DNA of 64,000 nucleotides from Camelus ferus (taxonomy: Eukaryota), in the NCBI RefSeq assembly GCF_009834535.1, contig NC_045697.1, forward strand, positions 16,618,001-16,682,000, given 5' to 3'. The position numbers and the translations under genes are program-made. Within the stretch, counting starts at the first letter, position 1. Each line of letters starts with the position of its first letter. Below the pieces are notes generated by a model. It was not told where the DNA came from, searched no databases, and worked only from the letters and a program-made list of their open reading frames with translations. Shown in pieces: positions 50,710 to 63,049 of the stretch.

Positions 50710-50895
50710 TTAACAATTATTGAATGTTCTTATGTGCCAGATACCATACTAACCGCACCATCTTTAATCTTTACAACATCATTATATAGTGGATATTGTT
50801 ACTTACATTTTAAAGGTGATCCAACTGAAATTTAGAGAGCATAAATAACCTGCCTACCTTTACAGAGCTTGTAAGTACGGGATCAGGGGTGTGAT
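50710..50895 (-). mobile_element. MIR SINE
   Basis: 'attattgaatgttcttatgtgccagataccatactaa...tttaatctttacaac...aactgaaatttagagag...aataacctgcc'. Confidence 0.75.
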
Positions 50896-51299
50896 CTTAG
50901 GTGTGCCGTACCCCAAAGCATGGGCTCTCTACCACGCAGGAGAGGGCTAGGGCAGGAGAGGGAGGGCATTCTAAGCCGAGGGAAAAGATTTTGCCAAGTT
51001 CTGACAACATGATAGAGTTTATTCTAGAAGCTACAAAGGTGGAGGCAGAGTGGAGTTGAAGTATGGGGCAGGAATGGGGTTGAGAGCTTGGTAAAAAATA
51101 GTATTTAGGGAATGGTAGGTACCATTCGTAGATGAACTTACACTCAACCCAAATGCAGTTGTGTTTGGTTCCAGAGAGCCATGTGAAACTATCAGTGGGC
51201 TCTAAATCAAAACCGGTAGGATAAAATTCAAGTTTTAGAAGCACTGTTTTGCTAAATGGAAGGTACAGTGGAATTGGTTATAACTGGAATAAGGAAGAT

Positions 51300-51750
51300 G
51301 AAAAAGTATCAAGTTGCGATCTTTAAAAGACGTAGAATAAACAAGACTTGGTGACCTTAGATTTGGTGAAATTAGACTCGGTGATGAAAGGGAGGGAGGA
51401 TTTATGATAACTCCTGAGTTTTGCCGGAACAGTTTGAGTTGATGACCACCTCTGAAAAAGGGACTATCAGTCAGTTTTTAGGGAGCAAGATGATGTGTTC
51501 AGTTTGGGACATATTGTTCTTAAACTTCCAGGAGAAACTCAAAAGAATATGCCCAGTAGGTCTGTGAGTCTGAAGCTTGGGAGAGTGATTTGGGCGAGAG
51601 AAACTGATCTGGAAGTCGTCTTCCATGGTCTTCAGGAAGTCACTGACTGTAGTCAAGGATACATCTTAAGGAGAACATGCATCAAGAAGGGAAAGACGAC
51701 CAAAGGAAAAAGCCAAGGGAATATCAACATGAAAGAGAAGGAGAAGGAAA
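51300..51750 (-). mobile_element. L2 fragment
   Basis: 'aacaagacttggtgac...gatgatgtgttcagtttgggacatattg...ctgaagcttgggagag...gatctggaagtcgtc'. Confidence 0.7.
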
Positions 51751-52007
51751 ACCCCACAGGGGTGGAAGAGAGAAAGATGAGCGGCAACTGCACTATTTTT
51801 CTATGTCCATAGCGTGTTAGAACCGGAAGCCATCTGCCCCTTTCACTTTAGAGACATGAAAAGTGGTGCTTGGAGAGGTAAACCACACACTCAAAAAACA
51901 TACAGTTGGTCGTGATTATAACCAGCTCTGCAGCCCTGAGCTGACCATAGGTTTTGTGTTGTTGTTTTCAGTTCCCTTAATCTGTCTAGAATAGTATATG
52001 GAATTGG

Positions 52008-52038
52008 AAAAAAAAAATATATATATATATATATATAT
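52008..52038. repeat. A-run plus (AT)n microsatellite
   Basis: aaaaaaaaaatatatatatatatatatatat. Confidence 0.85.
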
Positions 52039-53840
52039 TTAAAAAGGTATCCTCTTGACATCAGATTTCATCACAGCTTTCCACTTTTTCGCAGGCATTT
52101 CAATTGCCCGTTTGGGCCACTAGGAAGAGAAGGGAGTGTGTTCATTGTTTCCCAGGTTCTTTTATATAGATTAGCCCAGGAAATGTCATAACCCTGCAAA
52201 ACGGGCTTTATTTTCCCATTTTCTATGGAAGAAACTGAAGCTAAGAAATGTAAAGAAATAACTTTGCTAGGATCACACAGCTACAGTAGACGATTATTTC
52301 ACTGTCAGGTGGTCCTAATCACCTCTTTTGGTCAACGTCTCAGGGGTCCAGTGCTGACTCCATATGCAAACTAGCCAGAAGGGACAATTTTAGGGGGTAA
52401 TCTCAATAACAATACAAAGGAAGGTAGGTTCATTTAAAAGCTTTGTTCTCTGCATTGGGGGGTCTGAGGTGAATTCTGAAGTGGAGCCACAGCTTTGAGG
52501 AAATTAGCGATACCTTTCAAGAAATGCCAATAATTGAGAACTAGCTCCAGAGTTATGAATGGAGTCCGCACTTATTACTTTCAGAGCAAGTCTATCGTTG
52601 TGCAGGGGCCTCAGCCTCTCGTGTTGGAAAGGAGTTAATGTAGTCAAAATATGACATGCTATTTTTATTCCTCACCCAGATCAGCCGTAGTTTAACAATG
52701 CATTTCAAAGCGCTGCTGATGGAAGCTCCACCTGAAACCTGTTCTCCCAGATACATATCTCCATCCCATTCAGCGTTTCAAGAAAGGAAATCTTACTGCA
52801 CGACAGCATTTTCATCTGCTTTGGTTTCAGCTAGAGATAAATTGCGCCGGCTGCAAACTAATTAATATCAGTCACCTGGAAAGTAGAACTTGGGAGACAA
52901 CAGGCTTCTTTCTTGATAAACAGATTGCTGGGTAGGGGATGCACACGGATGTGACAATTCATTTGGCCGTAGACACAGCAGAATTGAGACTTTGGGGACA
53001 GGTATTTGGAAGGCATGAGCAAACCTTCCTGGCTTCAGCCATTTGAGCTCAGGTGGGGTTTTTGTGCTGAGTTACAAGCTTCCCCAAGTCCTTTGGATCA
53101 GCAGAAATCTCTGTGGCCCTGGAGAAGTTCCCCTAAAACTATAACCGGAATGTTAGATTAATGACCAGCTCCTGGGGAAGCTGGTTCTGCAGCTCAGTCA
53201 TCAGCAACCGTCCCCCCCCCTTGCCTGACCCAACTCCCACTTGGTAAAAGAACCATAAACATTGGCCTGGGTGATGTGTACTTCAAGGAATCCAAAATCA
53301 AAACCATGCAGCTAGGAAAGAAAAGCAAAATATGTTTAGAAACCAGAAGCAGCAGACAGATTCCCCCAGAACTAGCCTGGGCGGGGCGAAGTCAGGAAGC
53401 TCTGAGGAAAGGCAGCCCGTGCTTCACGTGGACCAGGTGGAGGCAGCTTGTCTCGACCGCCCTCCAGTGAAGACATCACTGTCACAGCAAACTCTCGTTT
53501 CAGGGGGTGGTTCTTTGAATGAGCAGGAGAGGGAATGTGCCACCGTTTGAGTACCCCTTACACACAGTTTCTCAGAGAAGGCTTGAGCCATCATTTTCCC
53601 AGATCGAGAATCGTAAGTTGCCCTTCTTATAGGAGCTTGAGAAGAAGAATCTTCCAGAAATGATTCAAAGCCAGGGCATTTGGGGATTCATTTAGCAAAA
53701 ACTGAAAATTCTGCCAATTTCTATTCACTTATCCAGTCAGTGGGACAACTCAAAGGGCCAAAGGTAAATTAATAAATTAGAATATGAAATTATGGTTGCT
53801 GTGATAGGTGTATATGAAGAAGACATAAAAATGAAGGAGC

Positions 53841-54103
53841 CAGACTCATAGACATAGAAAACAAACTTACAGTTATGGGGTGGGGGAAGGGGTGGGGAGG
53901 GATTAATCGGGAGTCTGGGAATTGCAGATACTCCTACTATATACCAAATAGATAGACAGCAAGGTCCTACAGTCTAGCACAGGGAATATATGCAATACCT
54001 TGTAATGTCCTATAATGGAAAAGAACATATATATAACTAAATCACTATGCTGTGCACCAGAAATTTACACATTGTAAATCGACTACACTTCAATTAAAAA
54101 AAA
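53841..54103 (+). mobile_element. Cetartiodactyl-type L1 3' end
   Basis: 'cagactcatagacatagaaaacaaactta...G-rich tract...aaggtcctacagtctagcacagggaa...aatcactatgctgtgcaccagaa...cacttcaattaaaaaaaa'. Confidence 0.9.
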
Positions 54104-56929
54104 ATGGAGTCAGCTCTACAAATCTAGGGCAGAACATGGGGAGAGATAGGTCTGGGAAATTCTTCTGGAGAAGGTAACACTTAAACCAAGTCAATGAAAG
54201 ATGGCAAGTGTTCATAAGCAGGCAGATTAGGGAGATCTTGAACACTCCCCGCTCAAGGAGAGATCTGGAGAAAGAGAAACTTACCACTTCTGAATTCTTC
54301 TGCTGCTTAGCTCCACACATCAAGGTGAGCTTTTGTAATAAAGGTCCATGAAGCTTTCACTGTCTCGTCTCCCTTATGAGTAACAGATTTGTTGCCATAG
54401 ATCTTGGGACATTCCTGTATTATTTGCTCATTCTATTGTGTGCATTCATTCATTTGCAAATTGCCTGAGGACAGGGTCTCTCTTTCATTGATTTTGCTAC
54501 TTTGGTGACTAAAACAGTGTCTGGGACATAGGCATTTTTCTAAAGCTTGTCAAGCACTGTGTAAACCTCCACACTTGCTTAGGAGTTTCTTAAATGGAAG
54601 AACTACACGATTCATCCCTTCCAGGTCCAGCTGAAGTGGGTATTAAATAAATATTTAATGAATGCCTATATAAGTGGGAAAGAAAGTCCCTTAAATATTG
54701 AGACTATAAAGGAACACTACATCTCCTTCCGGGAACCCACTCAAACTTCACCATGACTGTGAAGGCAGTGACACACTGACTATACATCCTTCTGACCGCC
54801 CAGTGTCATTGTCCCTTCAGCCTTCCTCCAGGTAGTGAGGGCCTTGGTATCCAGACTTCTCTCGCTTTTGATCAGACACAGCCACCTGTCATCTTGAAAT
54901 GATCTGAGCAACAGTGAGCTGGAACTGGTAATGGCCAGAGTTTATCATCTTTCCCAAGAGAACTTTCAGTTTAATTCAAAAGTACAAGAATCACCAAGTG
55001 TTGAATTTCCATCTTCTATTGGTTAAGCCACAGAAGATATATTTTAGAGTAAGGAATCTGCCATGAACCTCTCAACTCTTACTATGGGTGCAGCTGCCTT
55101 ATCTGTACTGAGGTGGAGTCTGCCTCCCTTCTTGGCCACACCTGACTGGTCAGTCAGTATCCCTGTTGTCCTTATGGACTCTGTTCTGCATGGGCTTGTT
55201 CTTGGCAGGGTGTTACTGGTTCATGGTCTGATATTTTACTGTGCCCAGCAACTTGTGGTGTCACTGAAACAACTATGACAGCCCATTTTCTAACACAAAC
55301 TCTACCACTGTGTGACCTGAAGCCAGGGACTTACTCTCTGCGACCCTGAGCATCCTTGATTGTGTCCTCAAAGACCCTCATCGTGACATTCACTCTGTAA
55401 TTCTTTCAGTTTTATTTATCTTCTCAAATAGAGTCCATGAAGTCAGTGGATATGATATTTCACTTCATCTTACTCTTAAGTTTCCTTTGGGAGGGGGAGG
55501 GGCAGCCTTGGAGAGGGTGTAAGAGTTGCCACAAATCTTGCGTAACTTGTTACTCATGATGATTCATTAACCTGCCAAGAGGTTCACAGCTCATCCAAGC
55601 TTCTTAAACAACCCATTCAGTCCCAGCCCTGGGCCTGATCTGTGTAGAGAGTTGGAAAACTCATAGCAACAGAGAGCTCTGGAAATGAAATAGCATCTCT
55701 ATATTTGTTGGCTGATGGGGGAGACATGAAGGAGAAGGGACATACCCGATGGGGAAGTAGCATCTTCTGCCATCCAGACTGACCTTAGGGCCACCTCCTT
55801 CTTGAATTTAAATATTCACTGATTGTGTACAGTGGTTCTCAGTACAGAAAGGCCACCCCCCTCAAGGAGAACCATGCCTTCCAAACAGATCCACAAACCA
55901 AATTCTAACCAGATTCCCCCAGGAAAAAAAAAAATACTGCATTTCCTCTATGAAGCCCAACCTCCTTTCAACAATTCCTTTCTTACTTGGCCCATGAAAT
56001 GAATCACAAAGAGATTATTTTCTGGGAAAATTGGTAGAAAAACCCTGATGCAGACAGTTCCCTTTCTGATTGCAGCCTGACTTCCACTTATTGAATATCG
56101 CATCAAGTAGTGGTTCAGGGATTTCAAAGGAGAGCTCAGCAAAAGACGAAAAAAAATTAGCCCGAAAAGTTTTTCAAGGTGCCTACTGCAGAGTTATCAG
56201 GTCAGAGATCTAAATGTCAGCGCTATATGCCTGATTTGCACATTTCAAACCAATTTGGTAATATTTTTTCATTTTTATCTGCACGCATGAAGTGCTTTGG
56301 AATACTGAAACAATTTAGAATCATATTTCGTTTGCAACAGTTCAATTAACTTAAGTGCTGAAACATGCTCCCCAGCTGGTAACTAGTTTAATCGGTTACT
56401 ATTACAAGAAATAATTTCTTCAGTGCTGGGGCTCCCCAATGTCCTCTCTAGAGAGGGCATGACCACTCACAGGTATGTTGGGAATGGGAAGTTTAAGGAT
56501 CTGGCAAATATCTCTGACTTAACAAAGAAGAAAAATCAGAATCCATTCTATCATTTAAAAAAAAAAACCAAAACCTACCTAGGTATGGGTTTCCAACTTC
56601 AGCTGTGATTTTATGACCTCCTATTCCCTTGGAACAACTTCATAACCACTCAGTAAGTAGGAGAAAGGTTTGGATCAAGGGTCAAAGACTTTTAAAGATA
56701 TTGCATAAATGCACTTACCCATGAGCCAAAGTGATAAATAGGAAACCAAGATGAATGTCAGGAATGCTGTGAAGAATGATTAGCTGGGACAGTTGGAGCA
56801 GCTGCTATGGCAACTCCAAACACCTGGAAAGAAGGATTTCCTTCTGGCTTACAGCAAGGCTGAATTGTTCTAATTGCATTTGCATTAAAAGGCACCACTG
56901 GCAAATTGCTGAAAGGATACATACAGTAG

Positions 56930-57240
56930 AACATTATGTAAACTTTCAAAAGACACAAAATAATACCGCATCTTACTTTTGGATACACGGAAATGTAGTT
57001 AAGAGAAAAAGAAATGGATGGGAATAACAACACACTAACTGCAGGAGACAGGTCTACGGAGGAGGGAAGGGGAAGAAAAGAGATGGGGATGTGATTAGTT
57101 TTAAAAGCAATCTTAAGCATAGAGGGTAAAATGTTAAGATCTCATAAATCTAGGAAGTGAATATATAGGGTTTTACTCCATTATTTCATGCACTTACCTG
57201 TCTGTTTGAAATGTTTTCTAATTGAGGCTTAAAAACATTT
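56930..57240 (+). mobile_element. Old L1 (L1ME/MC-like) 3' fragment
   Basis: 'aaaatgttaagat...aaatctaggaagtgaatatatagggtttt...attatttcatgcactt...tgtttgaaatgttttctaat'. Confidence 0.55.
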
Positions 57241-58125
57241 TTAAAAGTCTGTGACAATGTCTATTTTGCAGCCATTGTTAAACCTTTGTTGGAATGTTTT
57301 CTCTCACCATGGAGACCGAAAGCCCTGGACTATTTTTTTAAGGTTCATAGAATTCCAAAGACCGAAGTCCGTGATCAACTACCCCTCTCTCCCTCTTTAT
57401 AATTTTAGCTGATCTCGTGGAGCTCAGCTACTGGGTTGGAAATGAAGCCCAAATATTGCAGTGTTAGAAACCGGGCCCTCTTTTCTCTGCTACTGGTGCC
57501 AGACGCAACGTGAACACGACCCCACAAAGGCCACCCATGAACCCGACCTGTGAGTGTCTTGTGACTGATTACCTCAGCGATCTTACTGTAGAGGGGTTAG
57601 CGCTATAGAGAGAAAGCCAGACAAAGACCGCTGAGAAATGTTAAGAAGGTACTCTGTCATGACCAGCTGATATTCAAGGTAACAATGACTAAACAGGAAA
57701 TAGGAGGTGTTCAGTCAAAAGATGGCCAGTCAAGATGCCTGTAGCTTGTCACAAATCCTAGCTTTAAACCAGAAACTTTTCAACAGAGCTTGGAAAACCA
57801 TAAAGAGCTGTACAATATTGATGATTGTTGTCAGTGATGGAATACCTCAGTGGTAATGGTCAACCAGCTCTAAAGTCATTTGAATATAGAGAGGAGGTCT
57901 ACTTTGCTGAAAGCTGATTGGCTTTTAAATCAAATTGTGTACCGCGGGATTACAGCACTTTGCCATTCCTGCCCATTAAGTATGAGAATCTCTGGCCTCA
58001 ACCTCACAGACATTATACAGCAATATATTTCCCATAAAACACACACACACACACGTGCCCACACATAGACATATTTACATGTATATACACACACACACAA
58101 ATACATATATACATGTATACATATA

Positions 58126-58316
58126 CAGTTGACCCTTGGGCAACACAGATTTGAACTGCCAGTGTCCACCTGTACGTGGGTTTTTAAATATGGATTTTTA
58201 AATATGATGTGATGCAGAACCATGGATATGGAGGCTTGACTGCAAAGTTATTTTCAGATTTTTGACTGTGTATGTTGTAGGCACTCCTAACCCCCGTGTT
58301 ATTCAAGGGTCAGGTG
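58126..58316 (+). mobile_element. Tigger2-derived MITE (TcMar-Tigger)
   Basis: TIRs cagttgacccttgggcaacacag / ccgtgttattcaagggtcaggtg; TA target duplication on both sides (58124-58125, 58317-58318); embedded in a CA/TA-rich tract. Confidence 0.9.
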
Positions 58317-58639
58317 TATATATACACATATACACACATGTATATGTATACACACACACCCACATTCTCTCACCCCAGTGCCCTGCTGATGCTAACAGTG
58401 AATACACAGTTTATTTTTTCTTACTGTATTGCAACTAGCCCCTTCTGTTCCTAGTACCTGGTGAGGTTTCCAGCCCATATGAAGTGTTCAGTGAATGTGG
58501 ATGGAATGAACGCGTTGTCTGCACAGTCTGGCTCTCACAAGGTGGTAACAGCAAAACCACACAAACTGTGCAATTGCTTCCAATGAAAAAATGCTTCCCT
58601 TTGGGCATCGGTATTTTATTGGTAGAGGCATTATCTATA

Positions 58640-58860
58640 GCACAATAGTCAATTAAGTAAATTTTGGGGTCAACGGGACTTCACCCAAATCTTGGCAGTT
58701 ACTTCTCTGCACTTCCGCTTCCTCACCGACAGGATGAGAATAGCTGTACTCCTGCCCCATTCTTTAGTTAGGAGGGTTTGTTAAGAAAATTCACATAAAG
58801 GGTTAAGCAAAGTGACCCCAAGACTGCAAGCCCACAGTAAATATTAGTTGCTACCATCAC
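58640..58860 (+). mobile_element. MIR SINE, preceded by an L2 end (~58420-58512)
   Basis: 'gcagttacttctctgcacttccgcttcctcac...aggatgagaatag...cacataaagggttaagca...cagtaaatattagttgcta'. Confidence 0.65.
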
Positions 58861-61800
58861 GGTCATTAGCATCATCTTCATTGTTGTAGTCGCACCTTCA
58901 ATTTGCTGGACTTTCAAATGGAGGCTAGAGTTTTCACATTAGCCTCCTTTTACTGCAACAAAAAAATTCATCTAACTTGAAAATTAAGATATTAGAAGAG
59001 AAGTGTCAGATCAAGTTGAAACTGCTGAGCAGCGAGAGAGCCAGGGGTGCCACTAAGACCTAATTCTAAGACAGGAAGCCTCCAAACTGATCAAGTTCCC
59101 AAATGGCGTTGGTTAAGGCTAAGTTTTTAAAAGTGTGGGAAAAAAGCAAAAAATGCCTTTAAATCACCCCAATGCCATGAATTCAAATGTCTGCATGGTA
59201 TCTAACAGGTATGAATTTTGAAGGGGTTCAAGTTTAACCTTCAAAGTGCTGGAAGTCTGTGAAGCTGCCTTGCTGCAGATGGCTACTCTGGGGACAGAAA
59301 ACCTGAAAGAATCAGAAGTAAGAAATGGGATCTTCTGCACCGCATCCTTGGGACGTGAAGAGCTCTGTTTATTGTACGCACACAGGGGAAGTTTTTTTTT
59401 TTTTTAATCGTTCCATGAAAATAAACCTGAAAATTTCTATCCAAAAACATGGTTATGGACATCCCTAAAAGCCTCCCACCCATCTAGTAGCCCAGGCAAT
59501 CAACAGAATTTTAATAACTCCTCCAAGCAAACGCCAGGTGGGTCAAGGCCAGCTGCTGTTGAGCTAACACTGAACCACACACACACACACCTATAGAACC
59601 AGCTTTGTAAGGGCAATCTCTCATTCACAGCTCCACAGGCTGAGCTGTACGATTGCCCCTTTTGTTTATATAATCCCATAGAATGAGTCGGCACAAAAGG
59701 CAAGTAAGAAACCATGGGGAATCTGTGTCCAAACCTTGCTTTGTACCTGAAGTTCAATTGTGTTTGGTTAACCTTCTATTTATTCCTTCTCTTTCCTTCA
59801 GCTGACCTTTCTAGTCTTGGTCTTTGCCATGGTGTGTCATGGCAGAACGTGGCTCAATGAGACTCCGGCCCCGTGTGACAAAGGAACTCTTATGAGCTCT
59901 CTGTGAATTGTCTCATTCATCAGGCGTGTACGTGGACGCTCCCTTTGTACACCACCATTCCTGCCATGAAAAATGGGGAAATGTCAGCCCCGACACACAG
60001 GTACCTCCCCTCCTCAGACACAGAGGCCAGATGTGAGGCAGTGAGCTCCGATTCTTGCTTTCCCTCCAATCGTTCTCCTGCCGAATGGTCTGACCTGCAA
60101 TTCAGATGTTGACCCTGGGAAAGACAGCTCACGGAATAGTACCAGGATGTTTTGTTCCACGTAGCCAGATAACTGGAGGAAAATCAGGCCATGCAATGCC
60201 CTTGATCATTAAGTCACCTCACATGAAAGTAACATGGCCGCATCACTCTGTGTGACCCGTTTACCAACTTTTCCTCCTCTAGGAAGTGGAGTAATTAATC
60301 ATCATTCCGGGACAGTGCACACATAGTCCTACCAACAAACAGAGGGCGGTGCCTCTGAGCACTACGAAACGTGAGTCACTTGATTAGAGGGTAAAGCAAT
60401 CAAGCTGCAGACTGCTAAATGGTTAAACTAGAAGCGAGCGCAGTCTCATTTTCTTTTAAGTCTTTTAAGTGCACTGTGAAGCTCTGGTTGGAATTAGCCA
60501 GAGACCTGGCTGGAAACGAAGTGTGAGAGCATTGATATGAATGATTTTCAACACCACCAAAGTCAATCAAAGGAAAGTACCTGCGAACTCCCTCAACGAC
60601 TAGCTGGAGGGCGTTGTGCGTTAACTGTATTACTACAGCCCCTTCTTTCCCCATCACTTAGTATCGTTAGAGAGAAGCTCAACAATAGTCCTGAACAGCG
60701 GCAAAAATAAATTCTCTCCAATTAAGTAGTCTAATACGCTATTTAGGATTTTAGCACTTAACATTCTTTCCTTCCCATTTAATTTCGGCTTTCACTTGGA
60801 TGTCATCTTGTTGGAAATCCATCACAGAAAACTATGTGGGGAAAAAAAAAAAGATAATGTTGCCAAGTGCTCCCGATGTTCAAAACCGAGCAGAAGCATA
60901 ATATTTTTTTCTAAATCACCCCAGGATTTTCCCTAATCGTTCAGCTTCTTCCTACTAAAGAAATTAATATATGAAAATATATGAAAATGGTCAATATGCA
61001 AATTCAAATATCACACTAGCTACTTGCCTTCAGTAAGGGCTATATGCATAAATTTGGAACAATATCATATTTTAAGGTGCTTGATTATAATAATGTCTTG
61101 GTGTGCATATGTGCATGTATAATGATGCTCATTTAATTTAATCATGAAAATATTATAGGGTCATTTGGCTTTCTCCTCCAAAAGTTCTCTCACTTTTGTC
61201 AATTAGTTCCACGTTGCCCCTTTTATAAGTCAGCCAATGGTAAGTAATGGTTTTAGGGTTAAAAGGAATATCACAATCTTATAGAATTATGGACAGGAAA
61301 GAGGCATATGGGAAGGCGGTGGCATCTGGTCCTCAGCATATATCCTAATCAAGAAACAGTGTTAGACTTTTCAGTAGAACCTGGTCCTAGAAATACCCGA
61401 ATTTTAAAGTCATTTCTTCCTGCAAGTTTCCAGTGTCCCTGAATGCTGAGAATTTGCCCCCGGGGCAGTCACCTGATTACAATGGAAGCCTTGGAAACCA
61501 GTTCATGTGACCTGCACATTCCACATGCTTGACTGGAGTGGAGCTTTGGGGACTTTGCAGAATTACTGGAATCACAAGGGGGGCATGGAGGGGAGCAGGA
61601 GGGCGGAGGGCATTTAACTTCACCACACACTTCAAGAGTAGATAACATCATGGCAAGTGGCATAAAAAGGACCATCTTGAATGAGAGGGAAGAAACCTGA
61701 CACAAAGGTCATTGCATATTATCCCTCCCCCACCCAGGAAATCTTATTTTCTTTCCCACAGAAAAACTTTGTTCCTCTTCCCCAACATGTTAACAGAGAG

Positions 61801-62590
61801 CAGTGAAAAGAAATAGGCTGCTTTGTGCCCATCAATAGAATCTATATAACATCTTTTCCCCCAGGGATTAATTCAGCGTTTGATTAAATCTTTCTGAGAT
61901 TTAAATCATGATGTTACAAACCTCCAAGGAGCTCCTCTGTGAGCTGTGACCTTCTTTATTACTCTCTGCTGTTTGATAAAGCGCGAAGATTGATTTATAA
62001 TAGTGTATCATGTGTTTGAAAACAAGGAATCGCAAGAAAGAATGGCAGAATGTAAGATTAATACAAGTAAATATTGCAAAAAGGGACGCCTTGGTTAAAA
62101 TATTTTGTAATTAATACTGAGTTACAACTGTGTAGCTAGTAACACTAGTGTCAAATGAGTACACTAACGCTCTTAGAGCTGTAAAATACATCCAATGGTT
62201 AGCTAAATAATGCGACAGTGAAAACTGGCAACGCTGAAAAAGAATTTTGAATATCACATTGTATACTTTAAACAGATTTAGTGTGGAGGACTTCTGAATT
62301 GAAACAAGCTCCTTTTAAATAAACTGTTCATATCCAGTGTTCACTTATTTTGTCAGCCTAATTTTGGTTTCAATAATTATTTCACCATTAGTATCATCAA
62401 GGATGGAAGTGATTTAATGTTTGAGGACAACATCAAATGAATCCTTTGTCTCTAATCAGGATGTTCCTGTACAAGACTAGCGGCTACTACTTTTTTTTTT
62501 TTTCTTAAAAATCCCTCTTTACCCTCAAAAGACTTTTATTATTCTATTGCCCTTTCTAATTCCAGCCAGAAGACTAAAAATGTTCTATAC

Positions 62591-62742
62591 GGTGGGGGAT
62601 GGTATAGCTCAAATGGTAGAGTACAGGTTTAGCATGCATGAGGTCCTGGTTTCAATCCCCAGTACCTCCTCTAAGAATAAATAAATAAACCTGCTTACTT
62701 CCTCCCAAATTTAAATTAAATTAAATTAAATTAAATTAAATT
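62591..62742 (+). mobile_element. Camelid tRNA-derived SINE (Vic-1-like) with (TTAAA)n tail
   Basis: ggtgggggatggtatagctcaaatggtagagtacaggtttagcatgcatgaggtcctggtttcaatccccagtacctcctctaagaataaataaataaacct; TSD-like flanks aaaaatgttctatac / aaaaagtcctatac. Confidence 0.9.
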
Positions 62743-62876
62743 AAAAAGTCCTATACAGTTTAAGCTCCAGTGGAAATAAGTTAGGATCTGAGGCTTATCC
62801 ACTGAATCTCAGGAGTTCTTAGAACCCACAGCTGTAGATGAATGAAGTATTTGGGCAAGATAACTGGTAGATTTTT

Positions 62877-63049
62877 TTTTTTTTTTTTGCTCTTAATCAT
62901 TATTTTTGTTTTGTTTTATTTTTTGTGCCTTTTTTATTGTAGTGTAGTCAGTTTACAATGTTGTCAATTTCTGATGTACAGCATAATGTTTCAGTCACAC
63001 ATATACATACATACATTTGTTTTCATATCCTTTTTCATTTTAGGTTACT
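62877..63049 (-). mobile_element. Short young L1 3' end with TSD
   Basis: Long T-rich tail, then 'gtgtagtcagtttacaatgttgtcaatttctgatgtacagcataatgtttcagtca...taggttact'; TSD gataactggtagattttt (62859-62876) / gataaatggtaggttttt (63050-63067). Confidence 0.9.

Noticed and set aside
60415..60657. 80-aa minus-strand ORF
   Set aside because: GTG start, no recognisable family and no convincing splice sites.
62591..62665. tRNA-like sequence (also 7910-7985, minus strand)
   Set aside because: It has a SINE body, A-rich tail and TSD, so it is a tRNA-derived SINE head, not a tRNA gene.
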